DNA of 64,000 nucleotides. It comes from a virus (lineage: Duplodnaviria > Heunggongvirae > Uroviricota > Caudoviricetes). Below, one piece after another: positions 31,140-40,651 of this stretch (position 1 is the stretch's first letter; each line of letters opens with the position of its first letter). The notes below the pieces were generated by a model, which searched no databases, was not told the origin of the DNA, and saw nothing but the letters and a program-made list of their open reading frames with translations. Made by a program: the position numbers and the translations under genes. The DNA lies in IMG/VR virus record IMGVR_UViG_2690316311_000019. One strand, given 5' to 3'.

Positions 31140-32623
31140 TGGCCAGAAGTTGCGTAACGGATCCACGTTGGCGCGAGCTGGTGGCGCTATATCGTTATGA
31201 CTGGATTGCGGCCGCTGATGTTTTGTTCGGCAAAACACCTACCTGGCAGCAGGATCTGATTATTGAGTCTGTGCAGGAACAGGGTAGCAAGACATCTGTT
31301 TCGTCTGGTCACGGTACCGGGAAATCAGACATGACTTCTATCATGATCATGTTGTTCATAATCATGTATCCCGGTGCCCGAGCCATTATCGTTGCGAACA
31401 AAATTCAGCAGGTAATGACCGGTATATTCAAGTACATCAAGATAAACTGGGCTACTGCCACCAGCCGTTTCCCATGGCTTGCTGATTATTTTGTTCTGAC
31501 AGAAACCGCTTTCTATGAGGTTACTGGTAAAGGTGTATGGACTGTAGTACCGAAGGGCTTTCGTCTGGGAAGTGAAGAAGCTCTCGCCGGTGAACACGCA
31601 GATCATCTTCTGTATATTATCGATGAAGCCTCCGGTGTCAGTGATAGAGCTTTCGGTATCATCACCGGTGCTCTTACCGGACAGGATAACCGCATCTTAT
31701 TACTGTCACAGCCTACACGCCCAAGCGGCTATTTCTACGATACTCACCATAAACTGGCCAAGCGTCCTGGTAACCCTGATGGCGTTTATACGGCGATCAC
31801 GCTTAACAGTGAGGAATCACCGCTGGTAACGCCAGCATTTATCAAAATGAAGCTGGCGGAGTACGGCGGGCGCGATAACCCTATGTACATGATTAAGGTA
31901 CGCGGCCTATTCCCTAAATCACAGGATGGCTTCCTTCTTGGACGTGATGAGGTTGAACGTGCAACGCGGCGGAAAGTCAAGATTGCAAAAGGATGGGGCT
32001 GGCTTGCATGTGTGGACGTTGCTGGTGGTACGGGACGGGATAAGTCCGTTATCAATATCATGATGGTGTCCGGCCAGCGAAATAAACGCCGTGTAATCAA
32101 CTATCGAATGCTGGAATACACAGACGTTACAGAAACGCAGCTTGCCGCCAAAATTTTCGCAGAATGTAATCCTGAGCGATTCCCAAATATCACCATAGCG
32201 ATAGACGGCGATGGCCTGGGTAAAGCAACGGCGGATCTGATGTACGAGTATTATGGTATTACCGTACAGCGTATACGCTGGGGTAAAAAGATGCATAGCC
32301 GTGAAGATAAGAGCCTGTACTTTGATAAACGTGCTTATGCCAACGTTCAAGCCGCAGAGGCCGTAAAATCTGGTCGTATGAGACTGGATAAGGGTAATGA
32401 AACTATTGAGGAAGCGTCGAAAATCCCTGTAGGGATTAACTCCGCAGGTCAATGGAAAGTGATGAGTAAGGAGGATATGAAGAAAAAACTCAACCTGCAC
32501 TCACCAGACCATTGGGATACATATTGTTTCGCTATGCTGGCTGATTATGTTCCCCAGGATGAAGTGCTTAGCGTCGAAGACGAAGCGCAGGTTGATGAAG
32601 CTCTGGCATGGCTTAATGAATGA
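31139..32623 (+). CDS. pacB: Terminase large subunit PacB
   Basis: 494 aa; Walker [15 protein letters not shown] overlap with pacA. Confidence 0.8.
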   Translation: MARSCVTDPRWRELVALYRYDWIAAADVLFGKTPTWQQDLIIESVQEQGSKTSVSSGHGTGKSDMTSIMIMLFIIMYPGARAIIVANKIQQVMTGIFKYIKINWATATSRFPWLADYFVLTETAFYEVTGKGVWTVVPKGFRLGSEEALAGEHADHLLYIIDEASGVSDRAFGIITGALTGQDNRILLLSQPTRPSGYFYDTHHKLAKRPGNPDGVYTAITLNSEESPLVTPAFIKMKLAEYGGRDNPMYMIKVRGLFPKSQDGFLLGRDEVERATRRKVKIAKGWGWLACVDVAGGTGRDKSVINIMMVSGQRNKRRVINYRMLEYTDVTETQLAAKIFAECNPERFPNITIAIDGDGLGKATADLMYEYYGITVQRIRWGKKMHSREDKSLYFDKRAYANVQAAEAVKSGRMRLDKGNETIEEASKIPVGINSAGQWKVMSKEDMKKKLNLHSPDHWDTYCFAMLADYVPQDEVLSVEDEAQVDEALAWLNE

Positions 32624-32626
32624 ATA

Positions 32627-32643
32627 TTTGCTCTAATAAATTG
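32627..32643 (+). promoter_or_regulatory. C1 operator (TTTGCTCTAATAAATTG) just after pacB stop
   Basis: 15/17 match to consensus. Confidence 0.6.
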
Positions 32644-32699
32644 TGTTTTTTAGCTACCGATGTTACATTGAACCTGACCTCTTGCGCCTTGAGGCATTT

Positions 32700-32796
32700 T
32701 CGGTTTATGCTTATCAGGCACCTCATTAAAACGGGTGCCGGGATTGGCCTCCCGCTTAAGTCTAAGGCGATACAGACGCCGCTCGCGTCTTTTTTT
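32700..32796 (+). ncRNA. Candidate C4-type antisense RNA (anti-SD GCCTCCC, duplicate GTCTAAGG box, intrinsic terminator)
   Basis: GCCTCCC at about 32747 complementary to RBS GGAGGC at about 32949; hairpin GACGC-CGCTC-GCGTC + T7 at 32775-32796; no credible ORF. Confidence 0.35.
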
Positions 32797-32961
32797 GTAT
32801 CGGCGTACACGCACACCTCTACAATGGTGGGCTGTATGGGGCTACCTTCGGGTAGGCTGGTTACCTTGGACGCCAGTAAGGCCAACTCCGTACAGTCCAC
32901 CGCCAGCAAGATTGGTCTCTTCTGCGGTGGTTACATACCAACGTCTAAGGAGGCTGCCAAT

Positions 32962-33183
32962 ATGGCTACTATCCCTACCCCAACTCATCCTGAATTTATC
33001 TGGCGCTTTTACTCCTGCCAAAAACGTCACTATCACTTCGTTATTGCACCAACAGAAGATGAGGCCCGCTCTCAGCTTCCTGACGCCCCATGTATTTTCT
33101 CTGCCCGTTTTTCCACTGATTCACGCAATTCTCTCAGTTACTGGTGCCTCCCTGTTAACGCTTCTGCTCAGGAGGGACTATGA
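32962..33183 (+). CDS. 73-aa ORF translationally coupled to antirepressor (icd-like position)
   Basis: Strong RBS TAAGGAGG 8 nt upstream; stop TGA overlaps next ATG. Confidence 0.45.
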   Translation: MATIPTPTHPEFIWRFYSCQKRHYHFVIAPTEDEARSQLPDAPCIFSARFSTDSRNSLSYWCLPVNASAQEGL

Positions 33184-34297
33184 GAACGTCATTAGTCACC
33201 CGTGAAGAGATGATCGAGGCAATTGAACAGCACACTGCCTGTATCAGTACCAGGGATATACCAGGCGTTATTGCCAACTACTTCATGATCACCAAACAAC
33301 TTTACCGGAGAAAGGACAAGAACGCGGTTCACCGTATCCTGTTGTCTGATATCCGCGAATACCTGCTCGAACAGGGTCATCTGAATTACGCAACCGTCGC
33401 AGCCGAAGCACGCAAGGAGGCACACAGAATGAAAGCAACTAACGTTAAATCAGAAAAAATTCATGCACCTTCAGTTCAGGAATCGGAGCTGGTGGTTGTT
33501 CAGAATCAGTCTGATGAAATTCCCGTTCTGGAATGGCAGGGAGTGCGTGTAGTGACAACCGAGACTCTTGCTAGAGGGTATGGGACAGAAACAATCCGTA
33601 TTCGCCAAAATCATCATGAGAACAAAGTACGCTTTGTTGAAGGGAAGCACTTTTTCAAAGTTGAAGGAGAATCATTGCGCGAGTTGAAGCACAGAGTAGC
33701 TTTAAACTACTCTGTAAAAATTGCTCGCAATGTTCGCTCACTCCCCTCTGGACAGAACGCGGCGCAGCCCGCCACGCTAAAATGCTCGAAACCGATCAGG
33801 CATGGGCATTCTTTGAAAAACTGGAAGACAGCTACTTCCGACAAAAAGAACAGCAACCGATCGCAATCCCCCAGACGCTTCCTGAAGCCCTACGCCTGGC
33901 TGCCGAACTGGCTGAACAAAAGCAACTTCTGGAACAGAAAGCCCACCAGCTAAATCAGCAGCTGGTGGCCGCCGCTCCTAAAGTCGATTTTGCCGACCGG
34001 GTATCAGTAGCTAAAGGGATCCTGATTGGGAATTTTGCAAAGGTTGTTGGACTTAAGCAAAACGCGCTGTTTGTCTGGTTACGGGAGAACGGCATCCTGA
34101 TAGCGTCCGGTGGACGTAAAAATGTGCCGTTCCAGCAGTACATCAACGCGGGGTATTTCACGGTGAAAGAAGTGGTGCTGGATGATGAAGATGGCTACCA
34201 GATACGGTTGACGCCTCAATTAACGGGTAAAGGCCAGCAGTGGTTGACGCGTAAACTGCTCGATGCTGGCTTGTTAAAACCGGTGGCAGCTGAATAA
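33180..34297 (+). CDS. Antirepressor-like protein (N-terminal ORF6N-like domain, C-terminal KilA-C/Ant domain) encoded in two frames (33180-33953 and 33782-34297)
   Basis: EWQGVRVVTTETLARGYG...FVEGKHFFKVEGESLRELK in frame 0; FADRVSVAKGILIGNFAKVVGLKQNALFVWLRENGIL in frame 2. Confidence 0.5.
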
Positions 34298-34329
34298 TGG
34301 AAGAATGCCCGGTTGATGCCGGGCATAAT

Positions 34330-35181
34330 TTATTGCGCGCTTTCGGGGGTGTCGTTTACTGGCTGCCCCTTCTTGGTTTTACGGCTGCGCGTAACTGATG
34401 CGGCTGACTTAACCTTTTTCTCTTCGCGAGTGATGGCAATTTGTTTTTTTACATTTTCAATATCTGCCAGGCGATATATTTTTGCTTGCGGCCAGCGGTC
34501 GCAGATGATCGGTTCTATGGAGTCATAAAGGCTAAATTTTGCTTTTTCGAATTCACCGTTGATGATAATTCCATCACGGAGAGTTTCATCGCAGATAAAC
34601 ACGCCACACAGTGGCACATGGTAACTAACTGATTTACCATCATTGTAGTTAGGGCTACTGGAAATGTAGTGGACGCGCAGCATTGTTTCGCTAAAGCCGT
34701 GTACGCGCATACGGAATTTTTCATCCTCCGGGTACTGCTTCATTAGCTCTTTTGTTGCTTCCAGGTTCTCTATGTATTTCGCACTGTGCTCATTGATCCC
34801 CGCGCTTTTTTGGATGCGAATGTCCTTATCAATCAGATGAATAATGCGGCCAGCGGTCATGTTGACGCTGTTCACAGCTTCTGTCTGATAAGTTGTAACC
34901 TTACGCACACCGCGAAGGATGTTAGGCACTGGATATAAAATAGTCTTTGGGATATTGAGGTCTGGGTACTGTTCCAGTTCCCGCGCCATTAAAGTCCATT
35001 TATCAATTTCAGCCTGAATGCTGTCAGTTTCTTTGAACGGTAGAACGACAACCGGGCGTACAGGACGACCGTCGCTGGCTGTATCAACGTGTTGGGCGCG
35101 TGCAACAGCTTTTTTTAGAAAGAGATCCCTGAAGCTGACGAACTCCTGGTACAGTTGTTCGCCGTAGACATAATTTATCAT
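34330..35181 (-). CDS. c1: C1 repressor of lysis
   Basis: 283 aa; adjacent to coi and loxP-cre; many cognate operators in window. Confidence 0.8.
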   Translation of the reverse strand: MINYVYGEQLYQEFVSFRDLFLKKAVARAQHVDTASDGRPVRPVVVLPFKETDSIQAEIDKWTLMARELEQYPDLNIPKTILYPVPNILRGVRKVTTYQTEAVNSVNMTAGRIIHLIDKDIRIQKSAGINEHSAKYIENLEATKELMKQYPEDEKFRMRVHGFSETMLRVHYISSSPNYNDGKSVSYHVPLCGVFICDETLRDGIIINGEFEKAKFSLYDSIEPIICDRWPQAKIYRLADIENVKKQIAITREEKKVKSAASVTRSRKTKKGQPVNDTPESAQ

Positions 35182-35291
35182 TGATCCTCCTCCAGAATTG
35201 ACATGGCCAACAACTCACAGCGGATTACACTGGGAGTTGTTGGCCACCATTATAGAAGGATCCAACGAAAATAATAGATTTATTAGTGCAT

Positions 35292-35501
35292 TTATTGTGA
35301 GTCTGGCTGGTTAGTGGCCATGAGATATTCGATTGTGTCAGTGAGATCATCCAGGTCGTCTTGGGTGATGCGGTACTCCTGATTGGATATCTTTGAGTAG
35401 TGTTCAGCAATGGCGCGGGCAGCGTCGGTTTCGGCAGGGTCTACAGATAAAGCGTTAGAGCAATGTCTAACGTCGTCGATGGTTGGTTGAATGAAAGCCA
35501 T
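35292..35501 (-). CDS. coi: C1 inactivator Coi
   Basis: 69-aa acidic ORF immediately upstream of c1. Confidence 0.7.
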   Translation of the reverse strand: MAFIQPTIDDVRHCSNALSVDPAETDAARAIAEHYSKISNQEYRITQDDLDDLTDTIEYLMATNQPDSQ

Positions 35502-35740
35502 AATTATGCCTCACTGTATTGACAACACAGAGCCTGAAGCTCTGACCTACTGTTTCACCCATGATCCATGCTGGGGTAATCTAACAACATTGCGCTGTGT
35601 GTAAGATGAGCAATGCATAGCTGTAATGCCGTTGTATAAGGTTTCCCTGTTTGCTCATTTCCTTCTGAGCCGCTCTACAACGCTGAAGACACATTAAATA
35701 GTGAATCCAAAGTCGTATTACGTAACGGCGGCAAAACTAT

Positions 35741-35757
35741 AATTTATTAGAGCAATT
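35741..35757 (-). promoter_or_regulatory. C1 operator (minus orientation)
   Basis: AATTTATTAGAGCAAT on plus strand; coordinates approximate. Confidence 0.5.
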
Positions 35758-35822
35758 GTCAAACAACTATGAAAAACAATCCAGTTTTTGGCTGGTGGAG
35801 TGGGATTTTTCTCTCAAAATTT

Positions 35823-35839
35823 ATTGCTCTAATAATTCT
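35823..35839 (+). promoter_or_regulatory. C1 operator (ATTGCTCTAATAATTCT)
   Basis: 15/17 match; coordinates approximate. Confidence 0.5.
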
Positions 35840-35882
35840 TGATTTTTATGCGTAGCTGGACGTAAACTCCTCTTCGGACCTA

Positions 35883-35916
35883 ATAACTTCGTATAGCATA
35901 CATTATACGAAGTTAT
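35883..35916 (+). other. loxP site-specific recombination site
   Basis: ATAACTTCGTATA-GCATACAT-TATACGAAGTTAT, perfect 13-8-13 loxP. Confidence 0.95.
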
Positions 35917-36325
35917 CTTAAGGGTTATTGAACATGATTAATTTACCTGTAAATCCATACAGTTCAATACCTTATCAGGTCAAATAGTGATCATTTGATC
36001 AAGGTTGCGCTACGTAAAATCTGCGAAATGTTGGCAGTGTTAGTGCTCCAGATTTCGCGTAGCGCACTTAGCACCACCAATCAATCAGAGGTGAAAAATG
36101 GGATATTCAGCTGCTAAAGGTCCACTCATCTTGAGCTTGAGAAAAATCGTGGTTACTGGCGGGCAAAAGGGTTTGATCGTGATAGTTGTCAACTGTCATT
36201 ATCGCGCGGTGAAGAAAAGATAGAACGCAGTCGCGGTCGTTGGCGTTTCTATGACGAGAATCATAAACAGGTAAAGGCAGAGCCGATCCTGTACACTTTA
36301 CTTAAAACCATTATCTGAGTGTCAA

Positions 36326-37357
36326 ATGTCCAATTTACTGACCGTACACCAAAATTTGCCTGCATTGCCGGTCGAGGCAACGAGTGATGAGGTTCGCAAG
36401 AACCTGATGGATATGTTCAGGGATCGCCAGGCGTTTTCTGAGCATACCTGGAAAATGCTTCTGTCCGTTTGCCGGTCATGGGCGGCTTGGTGCAAGTTGA
36501 ATAACCGGAAATGGTTTCCCGCAGAACCTGAAGATGTTCGCGATTATCTTCTATATCTTCAGGCGCGCGGTCTGGCAGTAAAAACTATCCAGCAACATTT
36601 GGGCCAGCTAAACATGCTTCATCGGCGGTCCGGGCTGCCACGACCAAGTGACAGCAACGCTGTTTCACTGGTCATGCGGCGGATCCGAAAAGAAAACGTT
36701 GATGCCGGTGAACGTGCAAAACAGGCACTAGCGTTCGAACGCACTGATTTCGACCAGGTTCGTTCACTCATGGAAAATAGCGATCGCTGCCAGGATATAC
36801 GTAATCTGGCATTTCTGGGGATTGCTTATAACACCCTGTTACGTATAGCCGAAATTGCCAGGATCAGGGTTAAAGATATCTCACGTACTGACGGTGGGAG
36901 AATGTTAATCCATATTGGCAGAACGAAAACGCTGGTTAGCACCGCAGGTGTAGAGAAGGCACTTAGCCTGGGGGTAACTAAACTGGTCGAGCGATGGATT
37001 TCTGTCTCTGGTGTGGCTGATGATCCGAATAACTACTTGTTTTGCCGGGTCAGAAAAAATGGTGTTGCCTCGCCATCATCCACCAGCCAGCTATCAACTC
37101 GCGCCCTGGAAGGGATTTTTGAAGCAACTCACCGATTGATTTACGGGGCTAAGGATGACTCTGGTCAGAGGTACCTGGCCTGGTCTGGACACAGTGCCCG
37201 TGTCGGAGCCGCGCGAGATATGGCCCGCGCCGGAGTTTCAATACCGGAGATCATGCAAGCTGGTGGCTGGACCAACGTAAATATTGTCATGAACTATATC
37301 CGTAATCTGGATAGTGAAACGGGGGCAATGGTGCGCCTGCTGGAAGATGGTGATTAG
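36326..37357 (+). CDS. cre: Cre tyrosine recombinase
   Basis: 343 aa, MSNLLTVHQNLPALPV...; differs from canonical P1 Cre at a few positions. Confidence 0.95.
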   Translation: MSNLLTVHQNLPALPVEATSDEVRKNLMDMFRDRQAFSEHTWKMLLSVCRSWAAWCKLNNRKWFPAEPEDVRDYLLYLQARGLAVKTIQQHLGQLNMLHRRSGLPRPSDSNAVSLVMRRIRKENVDAGERAKQALAFERTDFDQVRSLMENSDRCQDIRNLAFLGIAYNTLLRIAEIARIRVKDISRTDGGRMLIHIGRTKTLVSTAGVEKALSLGVTKLVERWISVSGVADDPNNYLFCRVRKNGVASPSSTSQLSTRALEGIFEATHRLIYGAKDDSGQRYLAWSGHSARVGAARDMARAGVSIPEIMQAGGWTNVNIVMNYIRNLDSETGAMVRLLEDGD

Positions 37358-37374
37358 CCGTCAATGTATAATAA

Positions 37375-37391
37375 ATTGCTCTAATTATTTG
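37375..37391 (+). promoter_or_regulatory. C1 operator (ATTGCTCTAATTATTTG)
   Basis: Core ATTGCTCTAAT intact. Confidence 0.5.
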
Positions 37392-37407
37392 ATATTTATG
37401 GTGGCAT

Positions 37408-37719
37408 ATGAGAAAGGATTTCAACATCGACGGAAAATATGTAGTGCTGTCTGTAAGCACTAATATTCAGTCGCCAGCCGTCATTGTCACTGTAAAGCTG
37501 AGCGATAGAATGCCTGATATTGACTCAATATCCGTTGCGTTTCCTGTCAAAAGTATGCGTAGTGCTGAACATTTCGTGATGAATGCTACCGAGGAAGAAG
37601 CACGGCGAGGTTTTGCTAAAGTGATGTCTGAGTTTGGCGAACTCTTGGGTAAGGTTAACAATGTCCTTTCAATCAGTTCAGCAAGGTCCAAAGCATTAAC
37701 AGCTTCCATGATGAAATAA
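37408..37719 (+). CDS. cra: Cre-associated small protein
   Basis: 103-aa ORF between cre and ref. Confidence 0.45.
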   Translation: MRKDFNIDGKYVVLSVSTNIQSPAVIVTVKLSDRMPDIDSISVAFPVKSMRSAEHFVMNATEEEARRGFAKVMSEFGELLGKVNNVLSISSARSKALTASMMK

Positions 37720-37850
37720 AAAAAGCCTGGCAAGGAGCCAGGCTGCACAAAAGAGCGGGTTTGTATTCCGCATCCAATCAATCAAGAAGGAGTATAGCAG
37801 ACAGATACTGAAGTGAAAAAATGTGACTCACGATAAATAAAATATCTATC

Positions 37851-37867
37851 ATTGCTCTAATTAATTG
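37851..37867 (+). promoter_or_regulatory. C1 operator (ATTGCTCTAATTAATTG) overlapping a TATAAT -10 box
   Basis: Operator followed by TATAAT at 37869-37874. Confidence 0.6.
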
Positions 37868-37934
37868 ATATAATTGAGCCGCAGTTTTTGTCAACTACGA
37901 AGACGTTGCCATTACTTCACTCCTTGACATCATT

Positions 37935-37960
37935 GGCGGCCATTAGGCCGCCTTTTTTTT
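37935..37960 (+). terminator. Rho-independent terminator / attenuator (GGCGGCC-ATTA-GGCCGCC + T8) 7 bp upstream of ref
   Basis: Perfect 7-bp GC stem and T8. Confidence 0.6.
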
Positions 37961-37966
37961 GACCAT

Positions 37967-38527
37967 ATGAAAACAATCGAACAAAAAATTGAACAGTGCC
38001 GCAAGTGGCAGAAGGCAGCCAGAGAACGAGCGATCGCTCGGCAACGGGAGAAGTTGGCTGATCCGGTCTGGCGAGAATTTCAATATCAGAAAATGCGGGA
38101 TACTATCGACCGCCGTATCGCTAAACAGAAAGAGCGCCCACCAGCTAGCAAAACGCGGAAAAGCGCGGTAAAAATAAAATCTCGTGGCTTGAAGGGGAGA
38201 ACACCAACGGCGGAGGAACGGCGCATCGCCAATGCTCTTGGCGCTCTCCCCTGCATTGCCTGCTATATGCATGGAGTAATATCTAATGAGGTGTCTCTGC
38301 ACCATATCGCCGGTCGTACCGCGCCGGGTTGTCATAAAAAGCAATTGCCACTTTGTAGATGGCACCACCAGCATGCAGCACCGGCTGAAGTAAGAGCAAA
38401 ATACCCCTGGCTGGTCCCTGTTCATGCCGATGGTGTGGTTGGAGGCAAGAAAGAATTCACCCTGCTGAACAAGTCAGAGATGGAGTTACTGGCTGACGCC
38501 TATGAGATGGCAAACATCATGCACTAA
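37967..38527 (+). CDS. ref: Recombination enhancement function, HNH endonuclease
   Basis: 186 aa; HNH-like CIACYMH...HHIAGR...CRWHH. Confidence 0.85.
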   Translation: MKTIEQKIEQCRKWQKAARERAIARQREKLADPVWREFQYQKMRDTIDRRIAKQKERPPASKTRKSAVKIKSRGLKGRTPTAEERRIANALGALPCIACYMHGVISNEVSLHHIAGRTAPGCHKKQLPLCRWHHQHAAPAEVRAKYPWLVPVHADGVVGGKKEFTLLNKSEMELLADAYEMANIMH

Positions 38528-38569
38528 TAAATATATTATTTTTAATGATAAATGATTGACAACTGACAA

Positions 38570-39358
38570 GTGACTTCAGTCAGAATCATCACACGCCCGG
38601 TACGGATGGATCCCTTTTCAAATATTCCATGGACGGCACAGTCTGAGTACCGGGCGCTACCTTCAGTTGTATTGCTAAGCCGCCGCTGGTGGCTTTTCTT
38701 TTTTGTAGGGGGCGCTATGGATAAGAAAATATGCGTTGTTTCGATGAGCGTCGGCAAACCGGCGTCAATGACTGCTGCATGGATCAATAACGAGCTGATA
38801 ATGGCTGAGCGGACCAGCTACCCTGAACGCCGCCGCGATATGGAACTCCAGCTGCTGCGCGAATTGCGAGAAAAAGAGGAAAAGGGTTTTATCGTGCTGG
38901 TGGAAGAGGAAAACAGCTTTATTACTGGTCGAGTTGGCCAGCGTGTAAGGTTGCGCGATCCCTTCATGAACAGCAGGCCGGTACTAATTGAGGCAATGCA
39001 GATTTATAAGGAGCTGGAACGCCAGAAAGCAATCAAGTTACCGCGCAAGGAATCCGGCAAATACATCCTTCACAAAAGCATCTTCGATTCCGAACACGAT
39101 AAAAAAGGCGATGAATTTTTCAACATCAACTGGAGCGAAATAACGACAGAACATGTTCTGACGTTACTATGTTGCTTTGCGACGGAATACAACAACGTTG
39201 CCAGCGCCGACTACATCAGGGCAATGGCTGGAGAAGTTGAGGCCAATCAGGATACGTCGTTACTAAGTCCCCTAGTGAATATAATTCAAGCTACTCATGA
39301 AATTGCCGCGCGGAAAGTGCCTAAAGGTTCATTAACTGGTAAAGATAATTATCTTTAA
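38570..39358 (+). CDS. mat: Hypothetical protein in mat position (alternative start 38717)
   Basis: 262-aa ORF downstream of ref. Confidence 0.4.
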   Translation: MTSVRIITRPVRMDPFSNIPWTAQSEYRALPSVVLLSRRWWLFFFVGGAMDKKICVVSMSVGKPASMTAAWINNELIMAERTSYPERRRDMELQLLRELREKEEKGFIVLVEEENSFITGRVGQRVRLRDPFMNSRPVLIEAMQIYKELERQKAIKLPRKESGKYILHKSIFDSEHDKKGDEFFNINWSEITTEHVLTLLCCFATEYNNVASADYIRAMAGEVEANQDTSLLSPLVNIIQATHEIAARKVPKGSLTGKDNYL

Positions 39359-39360
39359 AC

Positions 39361-39390
39361 TTATTGGGCGCTAACTATGCGCCCATTATA
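39361..39390. terminator. Bidirectional hairpin terminator (GGGCGC-TAACTAT-GCGCCC)
   Basis: Between convergent mat and PIN-like gene. Confidence 0.5.
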
Positions 39391-40341
39391 CTAATCAATA
39401 AATACACGGAATGTCTCCAGCATCCCTTCAGGATCTTTATCCTCGTCACCTAATGATATTAGTCTTCTGGCAAGAAGTTTCACATCATCATCATCTTTGA
39501 TGTAACCAACCTGATCATTTTCAAAATAAATATCAATTATTTTTAGGATTTGCTCTTGTGTAAAGTGAGTGAGCTTTAATAATTTTGCTACAACTCGATG
39601 TGTTGTAGCAAAACTGCCAGAGTGTCGTAATTCATCTATAGTGAGATTAACTTCCATTTCCACCAAGTTACTAGCTTGAGGAAAGTGCTCGCCTATAAAC
39701 TCTGATAAGCGGGAATAGATATGTGGTTCTGAATTTTTCTTTTTTTTCCACTCATGCTTCAAATATTCATTCATATCATCCTTTATAAAGGCACTTTTAT
39801 AATCACCATCTTCAGTTATGATATATATATCCTCACCGTCTGGTATCGCTTTTAGCAAACATTCCCAATTAACTGCGTCACCATATGATTTATTTTTGCC
39901 TGGCGGGTTTCCAAGATCAAATCGAAGTTTCCCCTTATCTATTGTTTCATCATCAGCCTCTATTTTAGATGCTGCATCAAAAATCCTTTTAATTACAATA
40001 TCGGCAGCCAAAGCCTCCTCTTTAAACAATTTCTGGATATCTGTAATAATTTCATTCTTTAACCTACCTGCTTCTATAACCTTATCATTAAATTGTGAAT
40101 GCTTTTCATGTTGCCTAAAAATCTGGGGAAGCGCGGGCTTATAATCTTTTGTTATTTCCTTTATGGTTTCAGAGAGAACTTTAGAACGATTTCTCCAGAA
40201 CTCATTCACTAAAAGCTCTGGTAACCAAAGTTTTAAACGACCATATTGATGTAAGGCAAATACTTTATCCAGCTCATCTAGTTTATCTCTACCCATCCTG
40301 TAAAATTCTAAATATAGATTTGTATCAATAAAAACATTCAT
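39391..40341 (-). CDS. PIN-like nuclease-fold protein, AT-rich cargo gene in the res/mod slot (candidate defence / exclusion gene)
   Basis: N-terminus MNVFIDTNLYLEF, later acidic motifs DIYIITEDGDY; 316 aa; GAGGA RBS; visibly lower G+C than flanks. Confidence 0.55.
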   Translation of the reverse strand: MNVFIDTNLYLEFYRMGRDKLDELDKVFALHQYGRLKLWLPELLVNEFWRNRSKVLSETIKEITKDYKPALPQIFRQHEKHSQFNDKVIEAGRLKNEIITDIQKLFKEEALAADIVIKRIFDAASKIEADDETIDKGKLRFDLGNPPGKNKSYGDAVNWECLLKAIPDGEDIYIITEDGDYKSAFIKDDMNEYLKHEWKKKKNSEPHIYSRLSEFIGEHFPQASNLVEMEVNLTIDELRHSGSFATTHRVVAKLLKLTHFTQEQILKIIDIYFENDQVGYIKDDDDVKLLARRLISLGDEDKDPEGMLETFRVFID

Positions 40342-40402
40342 ATCACATCCTCATTAAGAGTAATTTAGGCCACTCTAAAAAATAAAGTGACCTAACAGGA
40401 AA

Positions 40403-40651
40403 TCAATCAGCATTCAGGAGCAATGCGTTATCTATGATGATCTGCTCCCATTCTTCGAATGCCCGGTCGCGGACGCCCTGGGGAACGCTGTTAGTTTTGA
40501 AATCGACGACCGTACGCCATTTCCCGTCCGGACGGTACATGCGCAGAGCTTTACTTCCCCCTTCCCTGCGCACCTCAACGTTATGCTTATCAGCAAACTC
40601 TTGTAATGCTCGTAGCGTCCCATGCTTTACTGTGTAGTATCGCTTTTTCAA
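40403..40651 (-). CDS. lxc: Small regulatory protein in lxc position
   Basis: 82-aa ORF downstream of ulx and darB. Confidence 0.45.
   Translation of the reverse strand: MKKRYYTVKHGTLRALQEFADKHNVEVRREGGSKALRMYRPDGKWRTVVDFKTNSVPQGVRDRAFEEWEQIIIDNALLLNAD

Noticed and set aside
32620-33205. Two long overlapping ORFs (187 and 156 aa) after pacB
   Set aside because: No protein-like composition over most of their length; region better explained as operator + structured antisense RNA + terminator, with only the last 73 codons (strong RBS) likely translated.
35917-36325. Start-less open frame between loxP and cre (...GYWRAKGFDRDSCQLSLSRGEEKIERSRGRWRFYDENHKQVKAEPILYTLLKTII)
   Set aside because: No initiation codon or RBS in frame; region is more plausibly the cre promoter/leader (contains clustered GATC sites); could be a gene remnant but unsupported.
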